Sequence record: OZ335959.1
Origin: a phage
Strand: one strand, 5' to 3'
DNA: 64,000 nucleotides
Shown here: one piece after another, positions 19,416 to 27,795 of the stretch
How positions within the stretch are numbered: position 1 is the first letter of the stretch
Layout: every line of letters starts with the position of its first letter
Translations under genes and position numbers: made by a program
Notes under the pieces: model-generated
Told to the model about the DNA's origin: nothing
Databases searched by the model: none
The model's input: the letters and a program-made list of their open reading frames with translations, nothing else

Positions 19416-19723
19416 CGTAAATTCCCTGCAATTGGTATACTAACAATACGCCCAGTATCTAAAATTCGCCGATATAATCTTTGTGTGTCTACATCAGGCT
19501 TAACATGTTTAACTTCTATTTTATTAAACCAAAACTTGCGTGGAGTTTCAACTAATCTCGGAATTCCCATACCTAAAGCTAGTCGATACTGATCTTTAAG
19601 AGTTGTAAATACTTTATCAGCAATCTCCCTTTCAAAAAATACAGCAGGGCGATGTTCATCGAGCGGAACTGGCACTGCAAATCCATCTTTATCTCTATAC
19701 ACTATCGCATATACATAAAACAT
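19412..19723 (-). CDS. Hypothetical protein, 103 aa
   Basis: Track ORF; ATG overlaps dda. Confidence 0.5.
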   Translation of the reverse strand: MFYVYAIVYRDKDGFAVPVPLDEHRPAVFFEREIADKVFTTLKDQYRLALGMGIPRLVETPRKFWFNKIEVKHVKPDVDTQRLYRRILDTGRIVSIPIAGNLR

Positions 19724-19724
19724 A

Positions 19725-20471
19725 TTATCCTCGGATAAGTTTAAAAATTGAACAATTTAGCGGGTATCCTCTTTTTAGTTTAAGTTTATCAATAAAAGAC
19801 AAGTTTTGATACCGCTCTACACCTTGAATAATTTTATCACACATATCATATTGCATTTCTGCTTCTGACAGCTTTTTCACAGTTTTCCAATCAGAGCCTT
19901 TAAGAAGAACGTTCAATTTAACAACTTCAGTGCCTTCTGCTATACGAGAACCATCAATACGAGCTTTGAGTGCTACAATCGTTAGCTTAATGTCAGAGGT
20001 TTGTTTTGATTTAGAAAGCTGAGAAATGTGTTCAATTCGGTTTTCACGTTTTTTCTGTATAGCTTTAATTTGATTATAAGTCTTTTTGATTTTAGCCCAT
20101 TTCTTTTCATCTAAATTTAGTTTATGAACTTTTTTCGCAGATGAACGACCAATTCGCAAAGCAAATAAATCACGCTTTTCAATCAACTCTTCTAAAGTAT
20201 AATCAGAACGAAATGTATTGTACTTTTTCTTTACTGCAATAACATTCCCTTTAATGTATCCAACGTTATTATCAAAACGTTCTAATGATAATTTCTCTCC
20301 TTCAATACGATTATCAAAAGGTTCTCCCGAGTAAGCGCAAACTTTCTGATCTAAAATGTTCTTAATGTAATTGAAGTCTAAGTTAAAATCTTTAGAACGT
20401 CTTTTAGCAGATGCCTGAGTATGCTCTAGACGACGTGTAATTTTACGAATTTGATTTTTAGACAGTTTCAT
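19725..20471 (-). CDS. srd: Srd-like protein (sigma-factor-related decoy), 248 aa
   Basis: Size and position between dda and modA match T4 srd; basic N-terminus. Confidence 0.55.
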   Translation of the reverse strand: MKLSKNQIRKITRRLEHTQASAKRRSKDFNLDFNYIKNILDQKVCAYSGEPFDNRIEGEKLSLERFDNNVGYIKGNVIAVKKKYNTFRSDYTLEELIEKRDLFALRIGRSSAKKVHKLNLDEKKWAKIKKTYNQIKAIQKKRENRIEHISQLSKSKQTSDIKLTIVALKARIDGSRIAEGTEVVKLNVLLKGSDWKTVKKLSEAEMQYDMCDKIIQGVERYQNLSFIDKLKLKRGYPLNCSIFKLIRG

Positions 20472-20501
20472 ATTTTTCTCACGGACGGGTTAACTACTTA
20501 T

Positions 20502-20531
20502 ACTATAACATTTTTACTTCAGCTTGTAAAC
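20502..20531 (-). promoter_or_regulatory. Early promoter upstream of srd
   Basis: Minus strand GTTTAC, 18 bp, TATAGT. Confidence 0.5.
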
Positions 20532-20587
20532 AACTTTATGAAAAATGCTTTAAAACTTTCATGGTATAATGAATCTAAGTCCTTCCA

Positions 20588-21190
20588 TTATAGATTAAAT
20601 CCTTCAAAATCAAGAGTATAAATAGTGTATGTTGAATACTTTTTATACTCGTATCTATCCGCAATTCTAAATACACTTCCAGCTGGTATCATTACTTCTT
20701 GTTCATCTGAAACTAATTCCATATTACGATAACGATGGCTATCCGGAAATTTAAAACTTGGACTATATTCTTTACAGCGTAGAGCTTTTATAGCATACTC
20801 CTGGAAATTAAACACCATAGGAGCTTTGAATTCAAAAATAACTTGTGTGTTGTATTCTAATCCAGAAGCAAAATGTAGAGCTATATTTTTATCATATGAA
20901 GCTGATGCTACTTTATCAAATGTAATAATATCAATTCCTTGATTTAACACCTGCTTAGTCTCAACTGGAACACCTCTCCAAAGAGGTTTATCGTTTGGAA
21001 CCAAACGAGATTTGATTATTTCATTTAACCAAGAATGATCGTCTGGCTTATTAGTAATACAATGAATTAAAAGTTCAATTTCGGATAAATTAAATCCTTC
21101 AGAAAGTAATTCTTCACGAATAGAAGCACGCACCGATGCATCCATTGATTTGATTTTAAAATCTTTTAATTGCATTGCTGAATATTTCAT
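20588..21190 (-). CDS. modA: ADP-ribosyltransferase ModA
   Basis: 200-aa ORF; paralogue of the adjacent 207-aa ORF; T4 ModA length and position. Confidence 0.8.
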   Translation of the reverse strand: MKYSAMQLKDFKIKSMDASVRASIREELLSEGFNLSEIELLIHCITNKPDDHSWLNEIIKSRLVPNDKPLWRGVPVETKQVLNQGIDIITFDKVASASYDKNIALHFASGLEYNTQVIFEFKAPMVFNFQEYAIKALRCKEYSPSFKFPDSHRYRNMELVSDEQEVMIPAGSVFRIADRYEYKKYSTYTIYTLDFEGFNL

Positions 21191-21810
21191 TCAACTACCT
21201 CAATATCATACACTTTAAATGTTCCAAATGAATCATGTAATTTTTCTTTTGAAATAGAAGTTATTTTATACTTTCCAATTGGAATCATCCATTCTTGTTC
21301 ACGTACAATCATCATTAAGTTATCAGTACGTTCTGAATCTAATCCATCAGTATCTTCATATGTATACTTAAACTCAGTATTAGGAGAAGAAAGTATAATA
21401 TCACTGATATGGTCAGAATAATTAAAAGCTTTATCAGTTTTTAAGCGAAATATTATTTCAGTGGAATATTCAACATAAGAAAAACCACATGCTGTGTGCA
21501 AACTAGTAGTAAATGAATCTACTCTGTTCGTTGAAAACACTTCTCCAACTTGTAAATCTTTAATGAGTTCTTTTGTCGATTTTGATATACCACGATATAG
21601 CTGATAAGGCGATTTAGTTAAATGCTTTTTAATGATTTTATTCAACTGCCGATGAAGAGCTTCATTCTTTTTGGCTTCCATACATTGCCAAAGAACTGAC
21701 TGTTCAAAGTCAGTAAATTTTTCACAGACCTTTTTATACATATCATATTGAAAATCGACACTTTCAGCTTTTATAGATAACTGTTCAACATCTGCAAGAT
21801 TAATAATCAT
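21187..21810 (-). CDS. modB: ADP-ribosyltransferase ModB
   Basis: 207-aa ORF; ATG overlaps modA; T4 ModB length. Confidence 0.8.
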   Translation of the reverse strand: MIINLADVEQLSIKAESVDFQYDMYKKVCEKFTDFEQSVLWQCMEAKKNEALHRQLNKIIKKHLTKSPYQLYRGISKSTKELIKDLQVGEVFSTNRVDSFTTSLHTACGFSYVEYSTEIIFRLKTDKAFNYSDHISDIILSSPNTEFKYTYEDTDGLDSERTDNLMMIVREQEWMIPIGKYKITSISKEKLHDSFGTFKVYDIEVVE

Positions 21811-21836
21811 GATAGCCTCCGTATACTTCAGAAGCT

Positions 21837-21866
21837 ATCATATCATTGTTAGGAAGGAAAGTAAAC
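21837..21866 (-). promoter_or_regulatory. Early promoter upstream of modB
   Basis: Minus strand GTTTAC, 18 bp, TATGAT. Confidence 0.45.
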
Positions 21867-21878
21867 AACTTTTTTGAA

Positions 21879-22061
21879 TTATTTTGCCCAGGGAGCCCAG
21901 GGCGGAGGGTCAAGATGGTATGAAGCTAGTTCTTCTAGAAGAGCATCTGAGGCTTCAATTCCATAATTCTGTAATACTATACGGTACTCTTTCTTATAAT
22001 CACTAGAATCATTCTGGATATTCGTAGAATGATTATCTTCTAACATCTCAAATAAATCCAT
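21879..22061 (-). CDS. Hypothetical acidic protein, 60 aa
   Basis: Track ORF. Confidence 0.45.
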   Translation of the reverse strand: MDLFEMLEDNHSTNIQNDSSDYKKEYRIVLQNYGIEASDALLEELASYHLDPPPWAPWAK

Positions 22062-22069
22062 ATTAATTC

Positions 22070-22540
22070 CTAGCGATAAAAACCAAAATGACGATTAGCT
22101 TCAATAATCTTTCTTTCTTCTTCGGACATTCTCCAGCGTAGTCCAACATCAAAATGAGCCCAGACCATCTTAACAAATGCATTTATATCTTTAATATCTT
22201 CAATAATGAATGTTTTACTTTTATAAGGTTGACTAGCTAATTTAACTTTATCGTCTTCAAACAGGTCAAAAAGACCATATTCATGAGCTCTTTTATAGCC
22301 TTTAATAGTTAAAGCTTCAGAAGAAGAAAACGGTGAATCGGTATTCTGTAAAATATCTTCAGTATGCTTTATAATTAGAATAACATTTTCTGGATATTTT
22401 CTTTCTTTTATATCTTTAATTAAAAAATCCGGATTTTCTGCTAAAGGAATAATTAATGAGCAATTTTTATTAAGTGTATTTACTGATTTACCTTCTTTAG
22501 ACATAAATTCTATTGAATATCGTTTTGCTACTTCAATCAT
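22070..22540 (-). CDS. Hypothetical protein, 156 aa
   Basis: Track ORF. Confidence 0.55.
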   Translation of the reverse strand: MIEVAKRYSIEFMSKEGKSVNTLNKNCSLIIPLAENPDFLIKDIKERKYPENVILIIKHTEDILQNTDSPFSSSEALTIKGYKRAHEYGLFDLFEDDKVKLASQPYKSKTFIIEDIKDINAFVKMVWAHFDVGLRWRMSEEERKIIEANRHFGFYR

Positions 22541-22693
22541 GTGATTTCCTTTTGCCTACTAATGGACCGTCAGGAATTTTGTTTTCCTGGATATATTTCT
22601 CATTTTCTTCCATCATTTTACTGCCAATTTTAAGAAGCAAATCCATTGCTTCATTTGCTTTAGCTTTAGCCTCTTCTAACGTCATATCTCTGT

Positions 22694-22897
22694 TCACGAT
22701 TTATCCCCATAGATGTCTCTCATCAATTTAAGCGCTGAGCGTTCTAATTTCTTTTCTTTCTCGGCACTAATCATTGATTTCATCCATTCTTCTGATTCAT
22801 TCTGCATTTCTTTATTTGCTTGTTCAACCCAACCATCATCAATATACATTGAGTTTGGTCTATTGAACCATTCAAGCATTTTCTTCAGAACTTTCAT
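22694..22897 (-). CDS. Hypothetical protein, 67 aa
   Basis: Track ORF. Confidence 0.45.
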   Translation of the reverse strand: MKVLKKMLEWFNRPNSMYIDDGWVEQANKEMQNESEEWMKSMISAEKEKKLERSALKLMRDIYGDKS

Positions 22898-23369
22898 TTG
22901 TTTTACCTAAAATAACAGTAGGAGCATCATCAAATTCATGAATTTTTAGCAAATTTGGATGTAAACTATTCCATACAGAAGAAATAAAGTATGATAAAGC
23001 ATCTTCACTTGCAATTATAAATTTATTTCCTTTATCTATTTTCCAACTATATACTGAATCATACGAATAAAAAGATAAAGGTTTATCATTATATTGTTCT
23101 GCGCTAACATTAATGTATTCTGATTTAGTAAATGCTTCAATTGCTCTAAATGGAATATTTGGTACAGTTTCAATAATACCAATCTTTTTAAGTTTTATTT
23201 CAGCATCTTCTGGAACTGGCATTGAAACGAAATTTTCTACGAGATACATTGGGTCACAATAACCCTTATCAATCATTACTGCTACGGTAATTGGAACGTC
23301 TTTAGCAAACGACAAACTATTACTGCTAATATACATTTCAAACAAAATCGCTTCCATAATTTTCCTCAA
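22872..23369 (-). CDS. Hypothetical protein, 165 aa (mrh region)
   Basis: Track ORF; position equivalent to T4 mrh, identity not verified. Confidence 0.5.
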   Translation of the reverse strand: MRKIMEAILFEMYISSNSLSFAKDVPITVAVMIDKGYCDPMYLVENFVSMPVPEDAEIKLKKIGIIETVPNIPFRAIEAFTKSEYINVSAEQYNDKPLSFYSYDSVYSWKIDKGNKFIIASEDALSYFISSVWNSLHPNLLKIHEFDDAPTVILGKTNESSEENA

Positions 23370-23704
23370 TCACAAGATGTAGATGAACAACTAGAATCAC
23401 AAGAACTTCCACATGAATCGCCCGTCCATACATGAACAGGAACATTAGTGTCATATGAATCAGAACTAGACTGTGTATTCTGCGTATTAGATGATGTAGG
23501 TATTGACCAGCGCCAAGGATTTTTATAATATTCCTGGGCTTCTTCATAAGTCATAGTAACTGCTTCTACTGTTCCATCTCCCATATAAACATATTCAACT
23601 ACAGTTAAAGGAAGGTAGTCATTTGAAATAGGAACTACACCTTCTCCGGGAGTTGTAGAGAAAAAATCCGTAAAGAAACTTTTAAACCAATTAAAGATAA
23701 ACAT
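23366..23704 (-). CDS. Hypothetical protein with Cys/Ser-rich C-terminal tail, 112 aa
   Basis: Hydrophobic N-terminus [15 protein letters not shown] and C-terminal [18 protein letters not shown]. Confidence 0.5.
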   Translation of the reverse strand: MFIFNWFKSFFTDFFSTTPGEGVVPISNDYLPLTVVEYVYMGDGTVEAVTMTYEEAQEYYKNPWRWSIPTSSNTQNTQSSSDSYDTNVPVHVWTGDSCGSSCDSSCSSTSCD

Positions 23705-23916
23705 TACAAAAAGCCTCTTTGAAATTCGACTCTTTGAAATCCACCCCAGTCAGTGTATCGCATTTCAGCATTGAACTCGACTGAACCATCTGCATGCATC
23801 ATGAATGAATGCGTGACGATATCACAATCCCAGCTTTTCATACCCCATTTATCAGAGATAGCTTTATCAAGAACCTTCTGGAGGTCTTCATTTGGTTTAA
23901 TCCAACGATTTAACAT
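23704..23916 (-). CDS. Hypothetical protein, 70 aa
   Basis: Track ORF. Confidence 0.5.
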   Translation of the reverse strand: MLNRWIKPNEDLQKVLDKAISDKWGMKSWDCDIVTHSFMMHADGSVEFNAEMRYTDWGGFQRVEFQRGFL

Positions 23917-23977
23917 AGTGCTCTCCTCTATAAGATAATTCTATTATACCATACTTGTTTTGGAAAGTAAACCGGTA

Positions 23978-24007
23978 AAATGAAAAAAGGACTCCCGAAG
24001 GAGTCCT
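23978..24007 (-). terminator. Rho-independent terminator downstream of soc
   Basis: Minus strand AGGACTCC-TTCG-GGAGTCCT followed by TTTTTTCATTTT. Confidence 0.6.
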
Positions 24008-24014
24008 TGAATTA

Positions 24015-24260
24015 TTAACCACCAGTTACTTTCCACAAATCTTCGTTTGCAGTAATCCATGCATCACGTTGATTTTCTTCGTATACAGTAGTATATGCTG
24101 CTTTTTCTGAAGGGAATGTCTGGTAATGAGCGCCAGAAATTTTGTGAACGTCAGAATAAAGAGGGAAAGCTACAGAAATTTCCTTTCCTTCAATTTTCTT
24201 ATTTCCATCTAATTTCTGCTCAAATGTTTTAATATTAACATAACCGCGAGTACTAGCCAT
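24015..24260 (-). CDS. soc: Small outer capsid protein Soc
   Basis: 81-aa ORF MASTRGYVNIKTFEQKLDGNKKIEGKEISVAFPLYSDVHKISGAHYQTF... recognised as T4 Soc. Confidence 0.92.
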   Translation of the reverse strand: MASTRGYVNIKTFEQKLDGNKKIEGKEISVAFPLYSDVHKISGAHYQTFPSEKAAYTTVYEENQRDAWITANEDLWKVTGG

Positions 24261-24290
24261 GTAATTCTCCTTTTATTTAAATTACATGAC

Positions 24291-24298
24291 TATTTATA
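24291..24298 (-). promoter_or_regulatory. Late promoter (TATAAATA) for soc
   Basis: Exact TATAAATA on minus strand about 30 nt upstream of the soc ATG, with GGAG SD between. Confidence 0.6.
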
Positions 24299-24332
24299 AT
24301 AAATTCTCACAGCTTTTAAGCCGTCGTTTATA

Positions 24333-24851
24333 TTAATAACCTCGGTCTTGACGAGCGAAGTTTTCAGCATTTTTCAGATAATAAAGTTTAAAGATTTCTT
24401 CAGCCGTAAGACCGAGACCTTGGAACATGTTCAGAACGAAATGAAGAATATCAATCATTTCGAATTTAATTTCCAACTGGTCTTGTGGAGATAAGTCAGT
24501 AATCAGAGTTTCACGACGTTCACCGTGTTGCGACTTCCAAGGCTTCCATACAGCAGATGCATCTTTTTCGCCATTGCTCATACCACCAAGAGAAGTCAGA
24601 AGTTCGCGGAATTCATCATCAATATAATCTTTCTGATTACGCAGCCAATCAACAACTTCACCTGCAGTAGCCAAATCATCAGGATGACGGTTATATTCAG
24701 GTTTATCTTTAGCTAAACGAACTTGCAGAGATTTCTGCATATCAAGCATAACCTGCAGCGGGTCTTTTTCATCACCGAGAATATCCCAGTATTCATTTTG
24801 AGCTTTATCAGCGCCTTCAATTAGTTGACTACATTCGTTAAAGTATGCCAT
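24333..24851 (-). CDS. 56: dCTP pyrophosphatase gp56 (MazG-like)
   Basis: Track ORF trimmed to MAYFNECSQLIEGADKAQNEYWDILGDEKDPLQVMLDM... (about 172 aa), matching T4 gp56 as I recall it. Confidence 0.85.
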   Translation of the reverse strand: MAYFNECSQLIEGADKAQNEYWDILGDEKDPLQVMLDMQKSLQVRLAKDKPEYNRHPDDLATAGEVVDWLRNQKDYIDDEFRELLTSLGGMSNGEKDASAVWKPWKSQHGERRETLITDLSPQDQLEIKFEMIDILHFVLNMFQGLGLTAEEIFKLYYLKNAENFARQDRGY

Positions 24852-24922
24852 TATTTTTCCTTTCAATTCATGGGTTAGTAGATTAATTATACAATAAATA
24901 TATAAAGCAATAAGGAGGACAT

Positions 24923-25123
24923 ATGGTACAAAAATTAATGGCACTTGTTAATGCCATAAAAGGTAATAAAAAACGTATAGCTTTTACTATTTCTGCTATG
25001 GTAGGAATTTTACTCTGGAATTTTGTTTTATCACCAATTGCTATTGCTCATGGTGTTAATATTCCGGTAATTACTCTTGATACATTCGTAGATTTAGCAT
25101 TTGCTTTGGTTGGGTTAATTTAA
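24923..25123 (+). CDS. Small predicted membrane protein, 66 aa (plus strand)
   Basis: ATG preceded by AAGGAGG at 4-nt spacing; hydrophobic segments; convergent with gene 61, stops overlap. Confidence 0.5.
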   Translation: MVQKLMALVNAIKGNKKRIAFTISAMVGILLWNFVLSPIAIAHGVNIPVITLDTFVDLAFALVGLI

Positions 25124-26148
25124 ATCTTAGCATATTTAGATAGCCGCATTTTAGCCATCAACCCTTGAGCAATATTATTTTTCATATATTCCATAATTTG
25201 TTCAGGGGTTGCACCTTCCTTTCTAATCATATCATTAACATCTTTTGATTTCCAGGGAGATTTGTCCCAAAACATAACCCTTTCTCCTGCATCAACTAAT
25301 TTAGTCATTCGTTTAATAGTGTCAGGGTGACGAGGTTCATTATCTAAAACCCATACACGTCTATCTTTAAATGGAACAATTTCTAGGTCTAATTGACCAC
25401 CCGTAATAGCTATACCATTTTCAATAAAAAGTGAATCTATAGGTCCTTCTAGAACATATACATCACCATCTTTGACTCGTTCAACTCCATAGATTTTTGT
25501 TGCCTCAGGATAAGCTTTGATGGTGATATATTTTTGGGGAGCATCTTTCTTTAATGCACGTCCTTGAAAAGACTCAGCTTTTCCGTTAGCATTATAAATT
25601 GGAATAACAAGACGAGGCTCGGGCATTTCCTTTTTATATGTTCCTGGCGCTATACTATTAACTAATTTAGGCCATTCGGTTGTAAACCAAAGATATTTCC
25701 ATTTATTCTTTGGAATACAACGAGCTTTTACATATTTTATAATTGGATGGTCTTCCGCCAGTTTATCTAATCTAATGCATGACGGAAGAGATTTAATTAT
25801 TTTCTTCTCAGGTTGTTTAGGAAGTTCTTTAGGTTTTTCTACTGGACGACTTTTACCTTTTTCTTTTCTTATTTCAAAGATATACTCACGATATAAATCA
25901 GGTTCAAACTCCTTTAAATATATTCCAATTGGTGCATGATAGTTACAGTTATAACAATGAATATTTCCTTCATTATTATCGCCATAATACCATCCACGGG
26001 CTTTATTTTGATCGGTTTTTGAATCTCCACAAACAGGACATCTAAACCGTAATTTAAAAGTTGAACTATTATTTACTTGTGCGAATTTAGGTAAATGAGC
26101 TAATGCACGGTATGCAAACTCATTATCAATCCAAGGTATTGATGACAT
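25120..26148 (-). CDS. 61: DNA primase gp61
   Basis: 342-aa ORF with N-terminal zinc ribbon CPVCGDS...CYNC and TOPRIM-like EGPIDSLF; T4 gp61 length. Confidence 0.9.
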   Translation of the reverse strand: MSSIPWIDNEFAYRALAHLPKFAQVNNSSTFKLRFRCPVCGDSKTDQNKARGWYYGDNNEGNIHCYNCNYHAPIGIYLKEFEPDLYREYIFEIRKEKGKSRPVEKPKELPKQPEKKIIKSLPSCIRLDKLAEDHPIIKYVKARCIPKNKWKYLWFTTEWPKLVNSIAPGTYKKEMPEPRLVIPIYNANGKAESFQGRALKKDAPQKYITIKAYPEATKIYGVERVKDGDVYVLEGPIDSLFIENGIAITGGQLDLEIVPFKDRRVWVLDNEPRHPDTIKRMTKLVDAGERVMFWDKSPWKSKDVNDMIRKEGATPEQIMEYMKNNIAQGLMAKMRLSKYAKI

Positions 26149-26150
26149 TT

Positions 26151-26315
26151 TTACTCTTCTTTTTCTTTAGATTCCTCTTTTTTCTTTTTAGGAATCTGTT
26201 CAGGACCTTTATTTACTACAGCGCCTGACGTTGTTCCAGTGGAGATATTTTCAGGATTACCACCTGAATCTCCAGCTACCATATCTTCTTTGATAAATTC
26301 TTTATATGTTTTCAT
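26151..26315 (-). CDS. Small basic/acidic protein, 54 aa (61.1 position)
   Basis: Hand-translated MKTYKEFIKEDMVAGDSGGNPENISTGTTSGAVVNKGPEQIPKKKKEESKEKEE; stop abuts gene 61 start. Confidence 0.5.
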   Translation of the reverse strand: MKTYKEFIKEDMVAGDSGGNPENISTGTTSGAVVNKGPEQIPKKKKEESKEKEE

Positions 26316-26316
26316 A

Positions 26317-26943
26317 TTAACCTCTATTCATAAAAGCATTAAAAATTTGGTCATCAATAGAAACATTTACTTTAGACTGTTTTTCTGATGGTAATTCATA
26401 TCCACATATTACAATTTTGTGATCAATATCAAAATACACAGAAGCAATATGATTAATGATGTTTTCAGTAAAGTCTAAATCAACATCAATATCTTTTTGA
26501 CCACAGCCCAAAGGATAAATAATGCGAGTAATTCGATTATCTTTAACAAAGATTCCACCGATATACTCTGTGCTGCGTTTAAAGTCTACACGCCGACGAA
26601 ATGAAAAATATTCAGGCTCTTTATGAGCTCGGCTCATAGGACACAACGAGTAACTAGAATAAGAGATGTCAAATCCTACGCCTTCAATATGAGCCAAAGT
26701 ATTACGATTAAACCAATTATAATCGTACGCCAAATCCATTAGATTATAATATGTAAAAGGCACCGGATTAACATCATTAGTCACAAGCACGTAATTAGCA
26801 ATTGCTATAATTTCATTGTTTTTAACGAATACAAACCGTGATTGATGGGAATGACCTGGACCCGCGTTTTCACGATTAATGATATAACACTGGGCACCTT
26901 TATATTTGTATGTATCTTTGCACTTGTGCATTTGATAGAGCAT
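26317..26943 (-). CDS. Hypothetical protein, 208 aa (61.2 position; possible anti-defence factor)
   Basis: Track ORF at the position and length of T4 61.2. Confidence 0.6.
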   Translation of the reverse strand: MLYQMHKCKDTYKYKGAQCYIINRENAGPGHSHQSRFVFVKNNEIIAIANYVLVTNDVNPVPFTYYNLMDLAYDYNWFNRNTLAHIEGVGFDISYSSYSLCPMSRAHKEPEYFSFRRRVDFKRSTEYIGGIFVKDNRITRIIYPLGCGQKDIDVDLDFTENIINHIASVYFDIDHKIVICGYELPSEKQSKVNVSIDDQIFNAFMNRG

Positions 26944-27236
26944 TATTCACCTACCACTTCAGCGATGATATTTTTATTATTAAAGTTTTTATCGCAATAC
27001 AGAACATAATTATACTGCATTACACCACCAGACTTAAGCTGTTTTTGTACTTCAGCTTTCATTTCAGGACGGTCACGCTCAACAATATTCATAATATCTG
27101 CTTCAATTTGAGTTTCAACTTCAGTCTGATCTGCAGTCATAGACCATTCACACAAATCTTTGTCATAACCCGCCATAGCAGGCTGAGCAGCACAAGAAGA
27201 TAAAGCAAAAATTGTAGCAAAGATAAATTTTTTCAT
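26943..27236 (-). CDS. sp: Spackle periplasmic protein Sp (superinfection exclusion; lysozyme inhibitor)
   Basis: 97-aa ORF with signal peptide MKKFIFATIFALSSCAAQPAMAGY; T4 Sp length and position. Confidence 0.75.
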   Translation of the reverse strand: MKKFIFATIFALSSCAAQPAMAGYDKDLCEWSMTADQTEVETQIEADIMNIVERDRPEMKAEVQKQLKSGGVMQYNYVLYCDKNFNNKNIIAEVVGE

Positions 27237-27294
27237 GATAATCTCCTCAGTAGTTTATGTTTATAGTATCTCAATTTCTAATAAAAGTAAACAG

Positions 27295-27594
27295 CTATTT
27301 TAAAACTTCTGCATAATCACATGTTACAAACTGTTTCTCTAACTTGACGATTTTACGAAAGTATCTTTTGCATTGACGAATCTGTCGCTTCGTAGGGCGC
27401 ACAGCAAACTTAATAAATTCCACTCGACCAAATGGAGGGCTTTCTTCTGCCGGAATATCTAATACTAATTCCCACGTATCTGCAATAAGTGCTTTGAATT
27501 GAGTATTTTTCCTGACATTATACGAAGTAGGTTTAAATAAAACAATATGCATATTATCCTCGGCAATCCACTTCACATACTTTCTTGTCATCAA
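27295..27594 (-). CDS. Hypothetical basic protein, 99 aa (61.4 position)
   Basis: Track ORF between sp and dmd. Confidence 0.55.
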   Translation of the reverse strand: MMTRKYVKWIAEDNMHIVLFKPTSYNVRKNTQFKALIADTWELVLDIPAEESPPFGRVEFIKFAVRPTKRQIRQCKRYFRKIVKLEKQFVTCDYAEVLK

Positions 27595-27736
27595 TGAAAG
27601 CTTTAACTAGCGCTTTATTAACTTCAGCATATTGAGTAGTAGCCCATTGAACGTCATCTTTCATCATTGTGATTTCTTTAGCAAACATGCTTTCGTTCTT
27701 AAACCACCCCATAAAAACTACCTTTACCAATTCCAT
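27554..27736 (-). CDS. dmd: Dmd antitoxin (inhibitor of host RnlA/LsoA RNase toxins)
   Basis: 60-aa ORF MELVKVVFMGWFKNESMFAKEITMMKDDVQWATTQYAEVNKALVKAFIDDKKVCEVDCRG recognised as T4 Dmd. Confidence 0.85.
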   Translation of the reverse strand: MELVKVVFMGWFKNESMFAKEITMMKDDVQWATTQYAEVNKALVKAFIDDKKVCEVDCRG

Positions 27737-27765
27737 AACAATCTCCTCATTTAACCAACAAGACT

Positions 27766-27795
27766 ACTATACCATAGTCTTGTCAGCTTGTAAAC
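27766..27795 (-). promoter_or_regulatory. Early promoter upstream of dmd
   Basis: Minus strand GTTTAC, 18 bp, TATAGT (TGGTATAGT); -35 overlaps gene 41 stop. Confidence 0.55.
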
